A DNA stretch of 61,813 nt, the filler included, from Porpidia crustulata (taxonomy: Eukaryota), in the NCBI GenBank assembly GCA_964255105.1. It is 6 parts of 6 records of this genome, joined end to end, with 100 filler letters (N's around TTAATTAATTAA, not from the genome) between each part and the next. Parts side by side here need not be neighbours in the genome. Positions count along the whole stretch, not along the records: positions 1 to 10,232 come from CAXUWE010000811.1; positions 10,333 to 20,561 come from CAXUWE010000812.1; 4 more parts are not named here. One strand, 5' to 3'. Positions 1 through 12,644 of this stretch are shown piece after piece. The notes beneath the pieces are model-generated. The model did not search any database. It saw only the letters and a program-made list of their open reading frames with translations, and was not told the origin of the DNA. Made by a program: the position numbers and the translations under genes. Position 1 is the first letter of the stretch; each line of letters starts with the position of its first letter.

Positions 1-2032
1 CCCCAGCCCTGTTCCTAGTCCACAGATCTACCGTATCACTAAGCGGCAAAACCAAAGGCCCACATATCGCCCGCATAGGACCGGTAGAGATGTGATCAGG
101 GGCGTAGTTTAGTATCATCGAAGGAATAGCGGTTTGGCCAGGGTTCAGGACGTGGTAGTGAAGTTAAGACGATTTAAGGGAGTAATACTAAGGAGGCATC
201 ATGGTTAAAGAAAGCCTATGTCAATAGGATGCGCACGAGGGGGCTGGATGGGTAGGCAGGGTTCTGGGAAGGTTATTGGAGAAGGAATTGTGGTTTGGAG
301 ATATGTTGATGACGAGAGTGAGATGGTTGGGGGGTTTGAGGAAGTGGAGGCCGTGGAAAAAGGGCTCGATGGGCTTAATGGCTGGAGTTGCTGATGCTTC
401 TCATATTCGATCGATTAGACTCATGGAAAGGGGGTTTGGAAATGTGATTTAGGCCATAAAAGAGGTAGATGGGTGGGTGTCGCTTGCCTCGGTGGGGTTC
501 CTGGCCCTTATGCGATATTGATCGGTACACCGCTATCATTACGACTAGCACACATTTTCTTATTCGGTAGATGGTCAGAAGTCCAGCAAAGGGTATGTAT
601 GCATTCAGTGAGTAGACAAAATTTCCGGTGCTTCGAATGGGTGTGATGAAGTCATCGTTGGCCTGCAAAATCTAGAATGTGGATGCGAAATTGGTTGAGA
701 AACGGATTTGGTCTTGATATCTGGTGTGAGTCGTAACGTTTATATCTAATATTGTTCGAGGCGTCATATAAAGCGAGAAGGAGATACCAAGCAAATAAAT
801 CGAGAGTACTGGAATTTGGACTTTCAAAAGACAAGGATCAAAGAATTCTTCGCACAAATGAATAGGTCTGCCTCGGGAAGGTTAGATGGATGTAGGTCTT
901 CATCAATGCGCTTCTTCGATACTGATACGAGACCTTCGGTGGAGCGGCTCTAAAAGTCGAGGGAGGAGGGGGAGAATATTTTGGCGAGATGAGCGTATGA
1001 CCAACGGCCAAAAGGGGTGTTTATAGGTTTGGTAGAGATGATGCCTGATAAGGGAGTATTGATACGTTGTAACTGATTGCGCTTTGATCAGAACTAGCCT
1101 AAACCAGATGATCCTGAGGTTCCTCCACTGCACCATCTACCTGTCTCCTCGCGTTTTTTGTGGCCCCGTCGAGGGGCGCATAGGGACCGAGATTCGTGCT
1201 TCTGAAGCTACTTAGAAGTGTGGATAAGCACGACTTGGAGAGTCCATGCGAAACACAGGTGGTAATTGTTGGACCCTTCACCCCTAGCGATCAGGAACCT
1301 ATGTAGTACGAGTGAACATCGAGGCCCTCGAAAGATCCTGAAGACGGAGCCCGCATCATGTGCAGAACGGCAGTCAAGATGGTAGTCCTTCCAAGGGTAC
1401 TTCGATTTCAGAGAGTACTAGCCGCTGTCAAGTCAAGACAAATGCGTACAAAGCCATTAAGAAAGATATCAGGATTCATGATTGCGTCTCTCCAACATTC
1501 AGACGTTGTTCTTTCTGCTGGAGCATAGCTCAAATTGTGCAATTCATTTCTGTAGGTAGTTTCCTGGTCAGCATTATCATGCATAGCCCACAGATGCAAA
1601 AAAGTGTATCTCTCCACCAGTTCGTAGACCTGCTGGTACTACTTGGGATGCTGCTGTGGTAAAGATGGAACTGGCTTCGGCTGATAACAAGCGCGAGCCT
1701 GGTAATTTCTACGCGTGAACATGATGGATACCGAATTAAGTCAACCCAGGTTGGATGCCGAACATACTGTGGCGATCTGAGCATTGAGATGGTGAAATTC
1801 AACCCGAGTGGAAGAGTAGTAGATTCAGCTGAATTGCAACTTACGAATTTTCGCTCACCGAGTGTTGTTTGAACATCTCGACAAGTTGAAGTTGCACTAC
1901 ACCTGGAGCTAGGAGGGTGGTCGGACTGACGCATGGATATTTTAGTTGAAAAATGCATGGATTGTCCGTCAGAGAGTATCCGTAACCGGTGCTTGCATCG
2001 ATGCAATCCAGTCACACCGTAAGTTCCTAATC

Positions 2033-3712
2033 TTACTCCCACTCTCGCCATTCGTTATCTGGTGTCTCATCATGCTTATTCACACTCGATTTAGAAGCGC
2101 TGGAGGCAGCCTTGGTAGGCGCCAACGTGCTCTCTTCGTCGCTACTAGCATCGTAGCTATCTTCGTCTGCGGTACTTCCATCAAAGCTTCCTCTCCGTCG
2201 AAGTGTCCTCATTGACATTCTACTAGAGGGGCTATCGTCGTCAAAGTATTCGGTCGGAGATCTTCCTAAAAGCTTATCGGCCTTGCCTGGCGACCTGCTT
2301 CCGGAACCGGGCACTATAGCCACACCGTTTGAAGTGGTTAGATAGTGGCGCTCTGAATCGGCTCTTAGTGGCCATTCCCCCAATCTTTGGTCTTCAAAGG
2401 TTTCATTAGTCCTCTGTCCAACATCCAAACTCTTTTGCTCTCTCCACTGGTTCTCTCTCTTTCGTCTGACTTCCTCTCTGGCATCAAGCCACACTTTGCT
2501 GGGCTCCCATTTCCATCCATCCCCAGAGGTGTTGCAGATCGGAAGAAACCAAAACAACGTTTTGTCTCCAAACAAATGCCGCAGGTTTCTCCTCCAACCA
2601 TGATCAAATGCATTAGGAAGTTTCTCGGAGTCCTGCTCGTCCAGATAGTCTTCATATCTCTCCCTTTCTCTTGACCTTTCCAACTCGTTGTAATCTCTTT
2701 GTAGGAACCCATGAGCCGTTAGACTCTCCTCTAAATCTCCATCTCGTACTATTTCCTCACCCTCCTCATCCCTTGTTATACCTGGTAGAGTGTTGGCGTG
2801 GATCTCTGCTAGTTGCTGTCCATAGCTCTGGCCGTCCGCGCGGCCACGACCAAGTCTTTGTCTCTTCACCGCCTTTCTCATAGGACTGAGGTATCTGGTT
2901 TTTTCTAAGCACTCAATGGTCGTCTGGCCTTTCCAGGCCAAGCTAAAATGCCAAGCCGTAAACCCCGTCAAGACTACTCCAATGATACCAGAAATGGTAC
3001 AAAGCAGAACATAATTGATCGGCATGAAGCTCTCAGTGTATTGCGCTTCGCTGAAAACCTCGCTCCATAACCAAGTTGCCGTTACTGCAAAGCATACCCA
3101 ACAGTATATACACGTATACATGAGGAATAGCAGGAATGCCTTGTAATTCCGAAGTCCAACGCACGTAGCCAACCAAGGGCAATGGTGGTCCATTTTCAGA
3201 CGACATCGTCCACATGTTGAACAGTGATGCGCGCGGTCTGGTTTCCGAGCTTGGCACTTCTTGCAGAAGCGACTTTCACCCGTTGATTTAACAGTGAACG
3301 ATGGGAGATCCTGGTGTTGGGGTGGCTCGTGAGAAGGTAGATAGGAGTAGCCGGAAGTATCGGATGTAGTAAGAGTTGATCCAGGATCAGTAAAGACGGC
3401 AGTAGTGTAGCACCAGTTGAGCAAAAGATAAAGAGCGATCCCAAGAATTGAGGAGGGGTAGCCTAGATTGTTAGCAAGGTGCCTACTCAATCAATAGAAC
3501 GGAGTCATCGTACCGGTCCAGGCTGTTGACTTTGGGAGAAAACCTATACTGGCTTCAACCCAGATAGCCCAGGTCGTCAAACCATACACAAACACGAGCG
3601 GAAAGTAGGTTGCCACCGAACAACAATAGCGTTCGCATTTCCGAGCCCAATTTTTCCGCCGCCGTTTGAGGGGCGCAGGGGAAGGCGAAGATGATGTCGA
3701 TAGCGTAGCCAT
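2033..3712 (-). CDS. PFA3: DHHC palmitoyltransferase, Pfa3-like (2 exons: 3712-3514, 3462-2033)
   Basis: DHHC-CRD motif [35 protein letters not shown] motif and TM segments. The GTACG...CTAAC...TAG intron at 3463-3513 joins ORFs 3491-3712 and 2033-3490 in frame. Confidence 0.9.
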
Positions 3713-3935
3713 TGCAACCGGAGCTTGGGTGTCGGCGTCAAGACGGACGTTGTGGGTTGTTACGATCCATCCTTACCGCTTGATGTGACAGACGGTATCA
3801 GATACAACCGATCGAGAGGGATGTCGTGTTCTCTAACCAGCAAATACTCCGAGGAAAGGTCAAGTGGATGGGTTGATCCTGGTGTTACTTATGGAATATC
3901 TATAAATATATGGTATTTGGTCCCTTACTCGTTCT

Positions 3936-4012
3936 CACCCCTCAACGGACCACCCTGACTAAAAGTACTGACTATAACCCTAACCCTAGAATGGTTGGTC
4001 CGTTGAGGGGTG
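3936..4012. repeat. 17-bp perfect inverted repeat enclosing TAACCCTAACCCTA (MITE-like hairpin)
   Basis: CACCCCTCAACGGACCA (3936-3952) is the exact reverse complement of TGGTCCGTTGAGGGGTG (3996-4012). The 43-nt loop contains about 2.3 copies of the telomeric hexamer TAACCC. Confidence 0.75.
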
Positions 4013-4614
4013 TTGGCTTATACTAGTCGCTTGTCTCCTTTGCCGCATTTTCTTGCACACGATTTATCTGGTAGATAGTAGTCATACGTGCTGGACGGAG
4101 GCCCATGAATGAGTGCCCACACTAGACTTCGATCCGCGAAATTTTTCATTTCAGTCGTGGATTGTGGATCAATGGAAGAATCTTCGTACAACGTACAGAT
4201 AGCGGTACACAATATACCGACATAGCTGTAGAACGTTCAATATCTTTCTTGATGAAGTCTTTTGAAGTCCGAATCTGAGTCCGAAAGTTGATTTAATCCA
4301 TAGATGAAACCTTTGGTCCATAGTTCGTCATCCATACCAGCGAAAGCCCGCGTCCACGTAAGTAGTGGGTGATTGAAAATACAGACAGCAAGTCATGAGG
4401 CAGTCTCGTTTCGACCGTGTAGACTTAAGATATGTGGACAGCACGTAAACCCGGTGGGCTACACAAGGCTAATGCCATAACACGCCAAACGCTATGCTTC
4501 GATTCCTTCCCAGATTACCCAAAATACCAAACCGAAAACACCATGCAAATGCCATATAAACGTGCTTAGAGGACCGTGGGGGTCATCAGCCATGGGTATC
4601 AGAGTATGGGCGAT

Positions 4615-6208
4615 TCATAGATACGCCATTAGATTTAGAGGTGCTGCAAGGTCGAAGATGTCACGCCTCGAGTGGCTTGAATTGCTAGAATTGCTAGCAG
4701 TATTCGTCTGGAGGTTTCCAATTTCGCACCAGCCCTTGATATTCTATATTTCCAGTCAGCGTGGGCGCAATATCGTACAAAGAAGCACTTACCAAGCAGC
4801 TGAGATGCTTGCACCAAGCGCACGTGCTTGGGTTCTCTTTGTAGAAATTCTTCAGTAGAACAATGAAGCATGCCAGAACACCAATCAGAGCGGCTGCACG
4901 GACTAACCACCAAGCCCACCATAGTGGCTTGCGACCTTTGAAAAAGCCTATCGGCTGCTTTACGAAACCTTTGATACCGCCATTCGCGTTGTCCGATTTT
5001 CTAGACGCAGTGACAGATCCATAGACCGCATCATCAACACCGACTCGCTGCCTAAAAACATCGGGAGAGTGTAGAATGCAGATTCCCAACACAAGCCCCA
5101 TCAAGAATCCACCAATATGTGAGAAATTATCAAGACCTGGAAGAAGGCCGAGTACAAAGGAGACGGCAACCTCTAGGATTATCCAGGCCAAGTCTGTCCA
5201 TGGGGATCGTCTATCCCGCCAGTGGTAGAGAAGGTCGAGAAGTATTAAGGCTATGACGCCAAAAAGGGATCCAGAAGCACCCACGGAAGCAATCCCAGCT
5301 GGAGCGAAATTACCTCCTAAGACGAACCCAAATATGCCGCTGCAAAAGTATACCAGGAGAAATCTGAGTGATCCAACCTCTTTCTCCATCTCTCGTCCAA
5401 GCGTAAGTTGCAAGAGCAAATTGAATGCAATATGAATGATGCCACCATGCAGGAATATGGGAATAATGAAGCGGTACCATTGATTCGGTATATCATGATT
5501 TAGGTTAGATCCGCCGAAGCCGCACAACTCTGATAATGTACACTTATTGTCTGGACTCGCAGGATCCGAAGACGTCGCAGCCGGGCATGGCCAGGTGATT
5601 GCGGTATCCTTGCCCTGAGGAGTAGCGCGCATGCACGGGACAAATCGTGCTCCCATGTTTATTCGAACGTAGGGAGACGGACCTATCATCGGATTGAACA
5701 TTGGCTTGATCTGGATGGGAGTTTTGGTAAGAACACCATTTCTGATGAGCTCGGCAACGAAGACTACCACTTGAATGAAAGTCAAGGCGTAGACCACCCA
5801 AGGAACCTTCCCAGCGAAAAATCTTCTATTCTTTCGCTTTGGCCGATCCGATCGGTCTAGGACTGTGGGGTCTTGTGGAGGGTATACGTCTTCAGGACGA
5901 TACTGTCGTTGGCTATGCCCATACATGTCCGGACTGCTTTGCTTTGGTTGCGGGCGGAGAGGAATGTCGTCTGCATAAGGATTGTGTCCATATGCCGCTC
6001 CTCCAGCGCCATAGTATCCATGGTCAGAGCCATTACTTCTCTGTGGACGCAATTGGTAAGGGTCATCATAGCGTGAATCTACTGACGGCAGCCTCGACTG
6101 TGATCTTTGTTGTGAACTGTGTGTAGAATAAACATTTGGAAGTGGGGGTAAGGGAGCTTCCTTGGGCCGGCGAATGGGCCCAGAGTTGTAGTAGTCGTTG
6201 GCGGTCAT
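4615..6208 (-). CDS. Rhomboid family intramembrane serine protease (2 exons: 6208-4793, 4743-4615)
   Basis: Motifs QWYRFIIPIFLHGGIIH, catalytic GASG and DNFSHIGG. A GTAAGT...CTGAC...TAG intron at 4744-4792 gives the C-terminus NIKGWCEIGNL...MAYL*, which replaces the end shown in the ORF track. Confidence 0.9.
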
Positions 6209-6730
6209 TCCGAATCGGCGGGTGAATGAGTACGTTTGGAGCTTTAAAGATTGCTTTTGGGCCTGCGCATCAACAAGATACGTACTTTTGTACTGGAGAA
6301 CGAAAGCGGGTGATGAAGCTTTGGAGTCCTATCGGCTGGATCACAGGATGCGGCAACCAATGGGGGCTATGAATAGGTTGGTGGAGAGGTTGGTCTCCAA
6401 GAAAATCCCCATCCGTTAACGCTGAAGATGACAAGAGATATTAATGACAGTCGGGAGTTTTGGTTGTAGCCGGTCATTTATAACGAATGACTGGGTTCTT
6501 ATACACAAACAGAGCAATCTGAAAGTTTGATGTCTCAATCTTGAAGGCTTAAATCAGGGTGGCGCCGACTATATGCCAAGCTTTGTACGGCAAGCTATTA
6601 ATACAAACAGCCAATGAAGCAGCGATGAATGCACGTGACGGCAGGAAGGAACACGGGTAAATGTAGATCCGGAGACAGCTTCAATGCGGAAACCTTCCGC
6701 TACACGCCTGTCACGTCAGGTAATTTATTC

Positions 6731-6750
6731 AACGCGCTGCTTAACGCGCC
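6731..6750 (+). promoter_or_regulatory. Paired MCB-like (ACGCG core) elements upstream of POL3
   Basis: AACGCGCTGCTTAACGCGCC lies about 90 nt upstream of the POL3 ATG. MBF/MCB control of replication genes is established in ascomycetes, but neither copy is the full ACGCGT. Confidence 0.4.
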
Positions 6751-6831
6751 CCGCAGTTGATCGGGGACTTAAAAATTTATAAAAGTTCATAATCGACGTT
6801 GGAGAGCTCAGGTGTTCAAGACGTTTCTACA

Positions 6832-9800
6832 ATGCCAGCTGCAGTTCTTAAGCCCCCGAAGAGGGTCCTGGCAGACTCAACCAAAGCCCACAGTAATGCC
6901 AACCCAACGTTACCGTCCCCGAACTTCGTCAAGAGAAGAAAGTTAAACACAGGGTCATCACCGGCTCCTAAGTTCAGGACAGGTCCGAATGGAGTCAATG
7001 GGAAGCTTGGGTCTAGTCAGCCTAAGAGCCATTTTGAAGAGGAGGTCCTTGAAAAGTTGACGCAAGATATTAGTGGTTTGAAACAGAATAATGCGGAGCG
7101 AGATCAGCAGTGGAACAGGCCAAGTCTTAATGATTTTGAACGAGGGGACGAAAGCTTGTGTTTTCAACAAATCGAGGCTGAGGAGGGGACCTTGCATGGT
7201 GGAAGAACAACGGTCAAGCTCTTTGGAGTAACAGAAGTACCATTACCCCAACTCGAACATCGCGCTTGGCGCTGACTAGTGGTTAGACCGGCCACTCCGT
7301 TCTCTTACATGTTACTGATTTCCTCCACTACCTCTATGTCGCAGCTCCGATCTCATTTGGAAAAAGCGACTGCGATGGCTATAGGGCATACCTCGATACG
7401 CAACTTGCGCAGCACCAACCGGCAATACATTCCGTACAGATGGTACTTCGAGAAAACCTCTTTGGTTTCCAAGGCAATCAAAAAAGCCCATATCTAAAAA
7501 TCACCGTTACCGATCCTAAATATATCAATAAACTGCGGACTACTATTGAAGGTGGTAGTGCAAATTACAAGAGCTTATGGAAAGGGGTGGATGGAGGGAT
7601 CTTGACATTCGACAGTATTCAATATGTGCTACGTTTCATGATAGACACTGGGGTACGTGATGAATCTGTGATCAAAAGAATCGAGCTCACCTCTTCAGAT
7701 TTCAGGCATGTCCTGGGTAGAAGTATCACAAGCCAAATATCATATGATACCGGTCCGGGATCGACAATCAAATTGCCAGATAGAAGCGCATGTTCATTAT
7801 CGGGATCTAGTCGCCCACTCTAGCGATGGCGAGTGGGCGAAGATGGCCCCTTTACGGATTCTGTCGTTTGATATTGAGTGTGCAGGTCGAAAGGGGATTT
7901 TTCCCGAAGCCAATCAAGATCCAGTCATCCAGATTGCAAACGTTGTGACACGATATGGAGAACCTAAACCCTTTGTCAGAAACGTATTTTGCCTCGACAC
8001 GTGCAGCCTTATCGTCAATACGCAGATATTCGAATTTGATGCGGAGGAAAAGATGCTTATGGCGTGGAGAGATTTCCTCGAAAAGGTTGATCCAGACGTC
8101 ATCATTGGGTATAATATAGCCAATTTCGATTTCCCGTATCTTCTCGACAGAGCGAAGCATCTTAAATGCACAAAATTTCCTTACTGGTCAAGACTAAAGA
8201 GTTTACAATCACACGCGACTGCAACGAATTTTTCTAGTAAGCAGATGGGGAATCGAGATACGAAAGCTACAAACACCAACGGGCGGCTCCAGCTAGACTT
8301 ACTTCAGCTCATTCAACGAGACCATCAATTACGAAGTTATACCCTCAATTCTGTATGTGCCCATTTTCTAGGGGAGCAAAAGGAAGACGTTCACCATACC
8401 ATGATTACTGAGCTTTTCAATGGAACACCTGAATCCCGACGACGATTGGCGGTCTATTGTCTCAAAGATGCATTCCTACCTCAAAGGCTGATGGACAAGC
8501 TGATGTGTCTTATTAACTATACCGAGATGGCCCGAGTGACAGGAGTCCCTTTCAATTATTTACTCGCACGAGGCCAGCAGGTCAAGTTTATCAGTCAGCT
8601 GTTTCGAAAAGCTTTGGAGCAACAATTGGTCATTCCAAATCTCAAAAATGAAGGCACTGAAGAACAATATGAAGGTGCAACAGTTATTGAGCCTACGAGA
8701 GGCTACTACGATGTTCCGATAGCAACTCTGGATTTTGCCTCCCTATATCCCAGTATTATCCAAGCTCACAACCTCTGCTATACCACCCTTTTGAATAAGA
8801 CCAGCGTTGAGAAATTGAAACTGGTCAAAGATGAAGATTATATCATCACGCCAAATGGCGATATGTTCTGCACGTCGAAAATTCGGAAAGGACTTTTAAC
8901 ACAGATCCTTGAGGAATTACTGGGCGCTAGGAAACGAGCTAAAAAGCAACTGGCTGTTGAAACCGACACTTTTAAGAAAGCTGTGCTTAACGGACGACAA
9001 TTGGCACTGAAACTTAGCGCGAACAGTGTATATGGTATTACCGGAGCTACTGTGGGAAAGTTACCTTGTCTAGCAATTGCTAGTAGTACGACAAGCTACG
9101 GCAGGCAAATGATTGAGAGAACGAAAGAGGAAGTGGAGGCACGATATACGATTGCTAAAGGATATACACATGATGCTCAGGTTATTTATGGAGACACTGA
9201 TTCCGTAATGGTCAAGTTCGGACCCAAGGACTTAGCTCAAGCTATGGATCTTGGGCGCGACGCCGCCAAACACGTTTCCTCGAAGTTTATCGATCCGATA
9301 AAGCTCGAATTCGAGAAAGTCTACTTCCCCTATCTCCTCATCAACAAAAAGCGTTACGCAGGGTTGTACTGGACAACACCTGAAAAGTATGACAAGATGG
9401 ACAGCAAAGGCATTGAGACTGTACGAAGAGACAATTGCCGGCTAGTTCAAAACGTGATTGAAACCATCCTGCGCAAGATTCTCATTGACCAAGACGTCCA
9501 AGGCGCTCAGGAGTAAGTCCTTCCTTCCCCATCCTTCATCTCTAGCTCTCCCTCTCGCTTTATCATTAACACCCCAAAGCTACGTCAAAGACACCATCTC
9601 CGACCTCCTCCAAAACAAAATCGACATGTCCAAACTCGTCATCACCAAAGCCCTCTCGAAAACCGACTACGTCGGCAAACAAGCCCACTCCGAACTCGCC
9701 GAACGCATGAAGAAACGCGACGCCGGCTCCGCCCCCACCCTCGGCGACCGCGTCGCCTATGTCATCGTCAAAGGCGCCGGCGGCGCGAAAAACTACGAGC

Positions 9801-10232
9801 GCAGCGAAGACCCCATCTTCGTGCTCGAGAACAACATCCCCGTCGACACTAAATACTACCTCGACAACCAGCTCGCCAAGCCCCTCGGCCGCATCTTCGA
9901 CCCCATCCTCGGCGAACGCAAGGCCGGTCAGCTCCTCACGGGCGAACACACCCGCTCCATCTCCGTCGCCGCCCCTACCCTCGGCGGCCTCATGAAATTC
10001 ACCAAGAAAACCCAGACCTGCATGGGCTGCAAAAAACCTCTCGTCACCGCCGCCGAGCGCGACGGCGCCGTCTGCGAAAACTGCCGGCCTCGTGTCGGCG
10101 AGCTCTACACCAAGACCCTGACCAAGGTCAGCGAGCTCGAGGTGCGATTTGGAAGGCTGTGGACTCAGTGTCAGCGGTGCCAAGGTAGTTTGCATTGCGA
10201 GGTTATTTGTAGTAGTAAGGATTGTCCGATTT
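6832..10232 (+). CDS. POL3: DNA polymerase delta catalytic subunit, 3' end truncated by contig end (exons 6832-7236, 7287-7652, 7699-9512, 9580-10232)
   Basis: Exo I SFDIEC, region [10 protein letters not shown], region [12 protein letters not shown], region I YGDTDS, and C-terminal CysA/CysB (CMGC...CENC; CQRC...). Introns have GT donors and AG acceptors. Confidence 0.97.
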
Positions 10233-10332
10233 NNNNNNNNNNNNNNNNNNNNNNNNNNNNNNNNNNNNNNNNNNNNTTAATTAATTAANNNNNNNNNNNN
10301 NNNNNNNNNNNNNNNNNNNNNNNNNNNNNNNN
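10233..10332. other. Artificial contig spacer N44-TTAATTAATTAA-N44
   Basis: An identical 100-nt spacer occurs five times. The core has stops in all six frames, and genes are cut off on both sides. Confidence 0.97.
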
Positions 10333-12391
10333 CACAAGCACCAACGCATTCTCGCGGTCCTTGTTTTCCATCTGCATCTTCTGCTCCGGCATTATTTCAG
10401 TACTATCAGCGCCTGTCACGGTGATATCGCTTCCAGGTTGCAGAGAGAGAGATTCAACATCAATTAGACCGTGCGGATCCGTTACTTCGATCAGAGCCTT
10501 GGAAAATTCGACCTCGCGCAGGAACTCCGCGATGGCTTCGCTTCCGTCTTCCGAACGCGCCATGAGGGCCAAGGCGAACCAACCCTCGGATTTTACTACG
10601 GGCCAGCGGGACTGCGTGACCATGGCAGCCAGCGCTTTTGCTAGGCCTGCGCTGAGGGATTTCAAGTAAGGTAGGATCGCTTCTGTGATTTCGGGGAAAT
10701 GCTGTGTAGATGCCGGTGACCTAACGCACCGCCAGATAGCAGCCACAATCCGGGAAATCTCGAGTCTGATGGATAGATCGTCAGTCTTGTCGAAGAGGTC
10801 TAAGAGTTGGGATAGGTAGCTTCTCTCGTCAGAAAGGTTCTCTTCGCCGGATAATCGGGAGATACAGAGTCGCTGGACGTTCGAGAGGGAGCCGTTGACT
10901 AGTTGTCGAACTACGCGGATAGCACCATAATGTAATTGAGATTTCGAAGGCTGTGACCAGATCCGTGATAATGGTTCCAAAACCCCTGAGCTGGCAATCG
11001 TCCCCTTGTTTTCTACTCCCATTGCAAGATTCTTCAAAAACCCAAGCGTAACATACAACAGCTGTAGGTTGCTACTTTTTTCCAGAATATCTATCAAAAG
11101 CTCCTGCATGCCAATTTCGTGGACCATTTCTCTGCACACATCGTCTGATCGGGCGAGATTCCCGAGCATCAGGCACGCACATATCTGGATAGATGGTTCT
11201 GGCGCAGCAAGCCAGGTACATAGATTCTTGACCATGGCTGAGTCAACCGGATATTTTTCTAAAAATGCTGGCGTTGCCGAGACATCAGAAAGAGATAAAG
11301 TAAGTGCGCTGCGAGTTTCCGAAATCTGCTTCTCGTCCTCCGATTCACATAGAATAGATGTAGGATACGTTTCGGCCAAAGTACCAATGAAGGGACTCTC
11401 CGGAAACGAGCGCGCAAAAATCGCCATGGCTTTTGGTGTTAAGTTTCGAGTAATCAAGAGCTCTTGAAATCGACTGTCTTTGAGGTGTCCCACAACAGCA
11501 CGCATTAATGCAAAAAAGTCTTCGGCTTCAGGGTCAGTTTCGCATGCTTCGTGTAGTAGAATCGAAAGATCATTGTCTGCACATTGGCTTGAGTCGACTG
11601 TGCAGCATTTTGTTAGCAGGATGCACAGCGACCTCAGTAGTATTCAAGACTTGCAATCTCCAACGACGATAATGTCAAGAAGTGAACAGATATTGGGAAC
11701 ATATCCACTGGTGTCTTCCTGCTCGCTTTGATACCCAGCCAAGAGGCTGAGCAACGCTGGACATACACCATGTTTTCTTGCAGCATCTTCTGCGGGATCT
11801 GCATAGCCATGAGCTTCTGGGAGTCCACAAATCCCAAAACAATTAATCATACAATAGTCTACAATGACGTTGTAAAGCGCACAGACCGCAAGCCATGGAT
11901 GGAACTTGAGTTGTGCAATGATAGAAGGGAGAATATTCCTTGCAACAGCTCTTTCTCTATTCACGTCTGAAGAGCGCGTTAATATTCACCATCCTGGAAT
12001 ACGATAATTCATCAAACCTGTATCAATACAAGTATTGCCAATGATATGCAAGCATGGCTTTGTCAGATCGTTTTCGATGCCCGGGGAAGCGAGAATATTC
12101 ATGGCAACATCAAGGATTCCAGCATCACCGAAAGGAATTCGCCAACCCTCTTTCGTATTATCAGCATAATGCTATTCCAGAAAGCCGTTACTTTCATGTC
12201 AAAGTTGGTTCACCATCTTTGCTCGCGTCTGCAATAGCCCACGTAGCAGCAACTAGTTCCGTTGTATCATTCTCCCATAGCCGTTCGAATGTATCTCTGA
12301 TTGACCTGAGGGCCTCAAGATTCATGTAGTCGCATTTCTTCAACGTATTAGACCATTGAACAGACGTCGAATCGGTAGAGCTTTCTGTCAT
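10333..12391 (-). CDS. ARM-repeat protein, SmgGDS/RAP1GDS1-like GDP dissociation stimulator family; multi-exon, 3' truncated
   Basis: Spliced ORFs 12194-12466, 11644-11964, 11634-11837 and 10285-11505. Motifs WRIPFGDAGIL, ACLMLGNLARSDDVC, GFLKNLA and SEGWFALALMARS. Start codon uncertain (12391 or 12325). Confidence 0.7.
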
Positions 12392-12644
12392 TTCGAGGCA
12401 TGGTGAGGTATCTGTAGGCAGACAGAGAGACGCCCGTTTGGCCGGGAGGCAGTTGTTACCGGTCACATGATCTTAAAATCTTAGTCCCTGACTCTGCACA
12501 ACCACGCAACGAATGACTCCCAAAAACCTCACCTGGGCCGTCGGAAACGTATTGACCGCGATGACGGGAAGCCTAACAAAGATCGTGACAACGATCAAAG
12601 CTGTAATGTGACAAGTCGAGAGATTTTCACACCATGTGGACTAG

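Noticed and set aside
4270..4350. TPP riboswitch-like words (CTGAG...TACCAGCGAAAG)
   Set aside because: The rest of the aptamer pairing is absent and no thiamine-related gene is adjacent.
3899..4614. Telomerase RNA gene (TATA followed by a TAACCCTAA template-like sequence)
   Set aside because: Only about 0.7 kb is available before the convergent rhomboid gene, whereas Pezizomycotina TERs are much longer. The repeat is also closed in a tight hairpin with no pseudoknot seen.
9566..10195. 209-aa antisense ORF opposite POL3 (similar antisense or alternative-frame ORFs at 41579-41833, 51620-51826 and 40452-40927)
   Set aside because: These are by-products of biased codon usage in the real gene on the other strand and have no recognisable motifs.
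10233..10332. ORF ends reading XXX...LIN and the recurring TTAATTAATTAA as a biological repeat
   Set aside because: Artificial spacer sequence.
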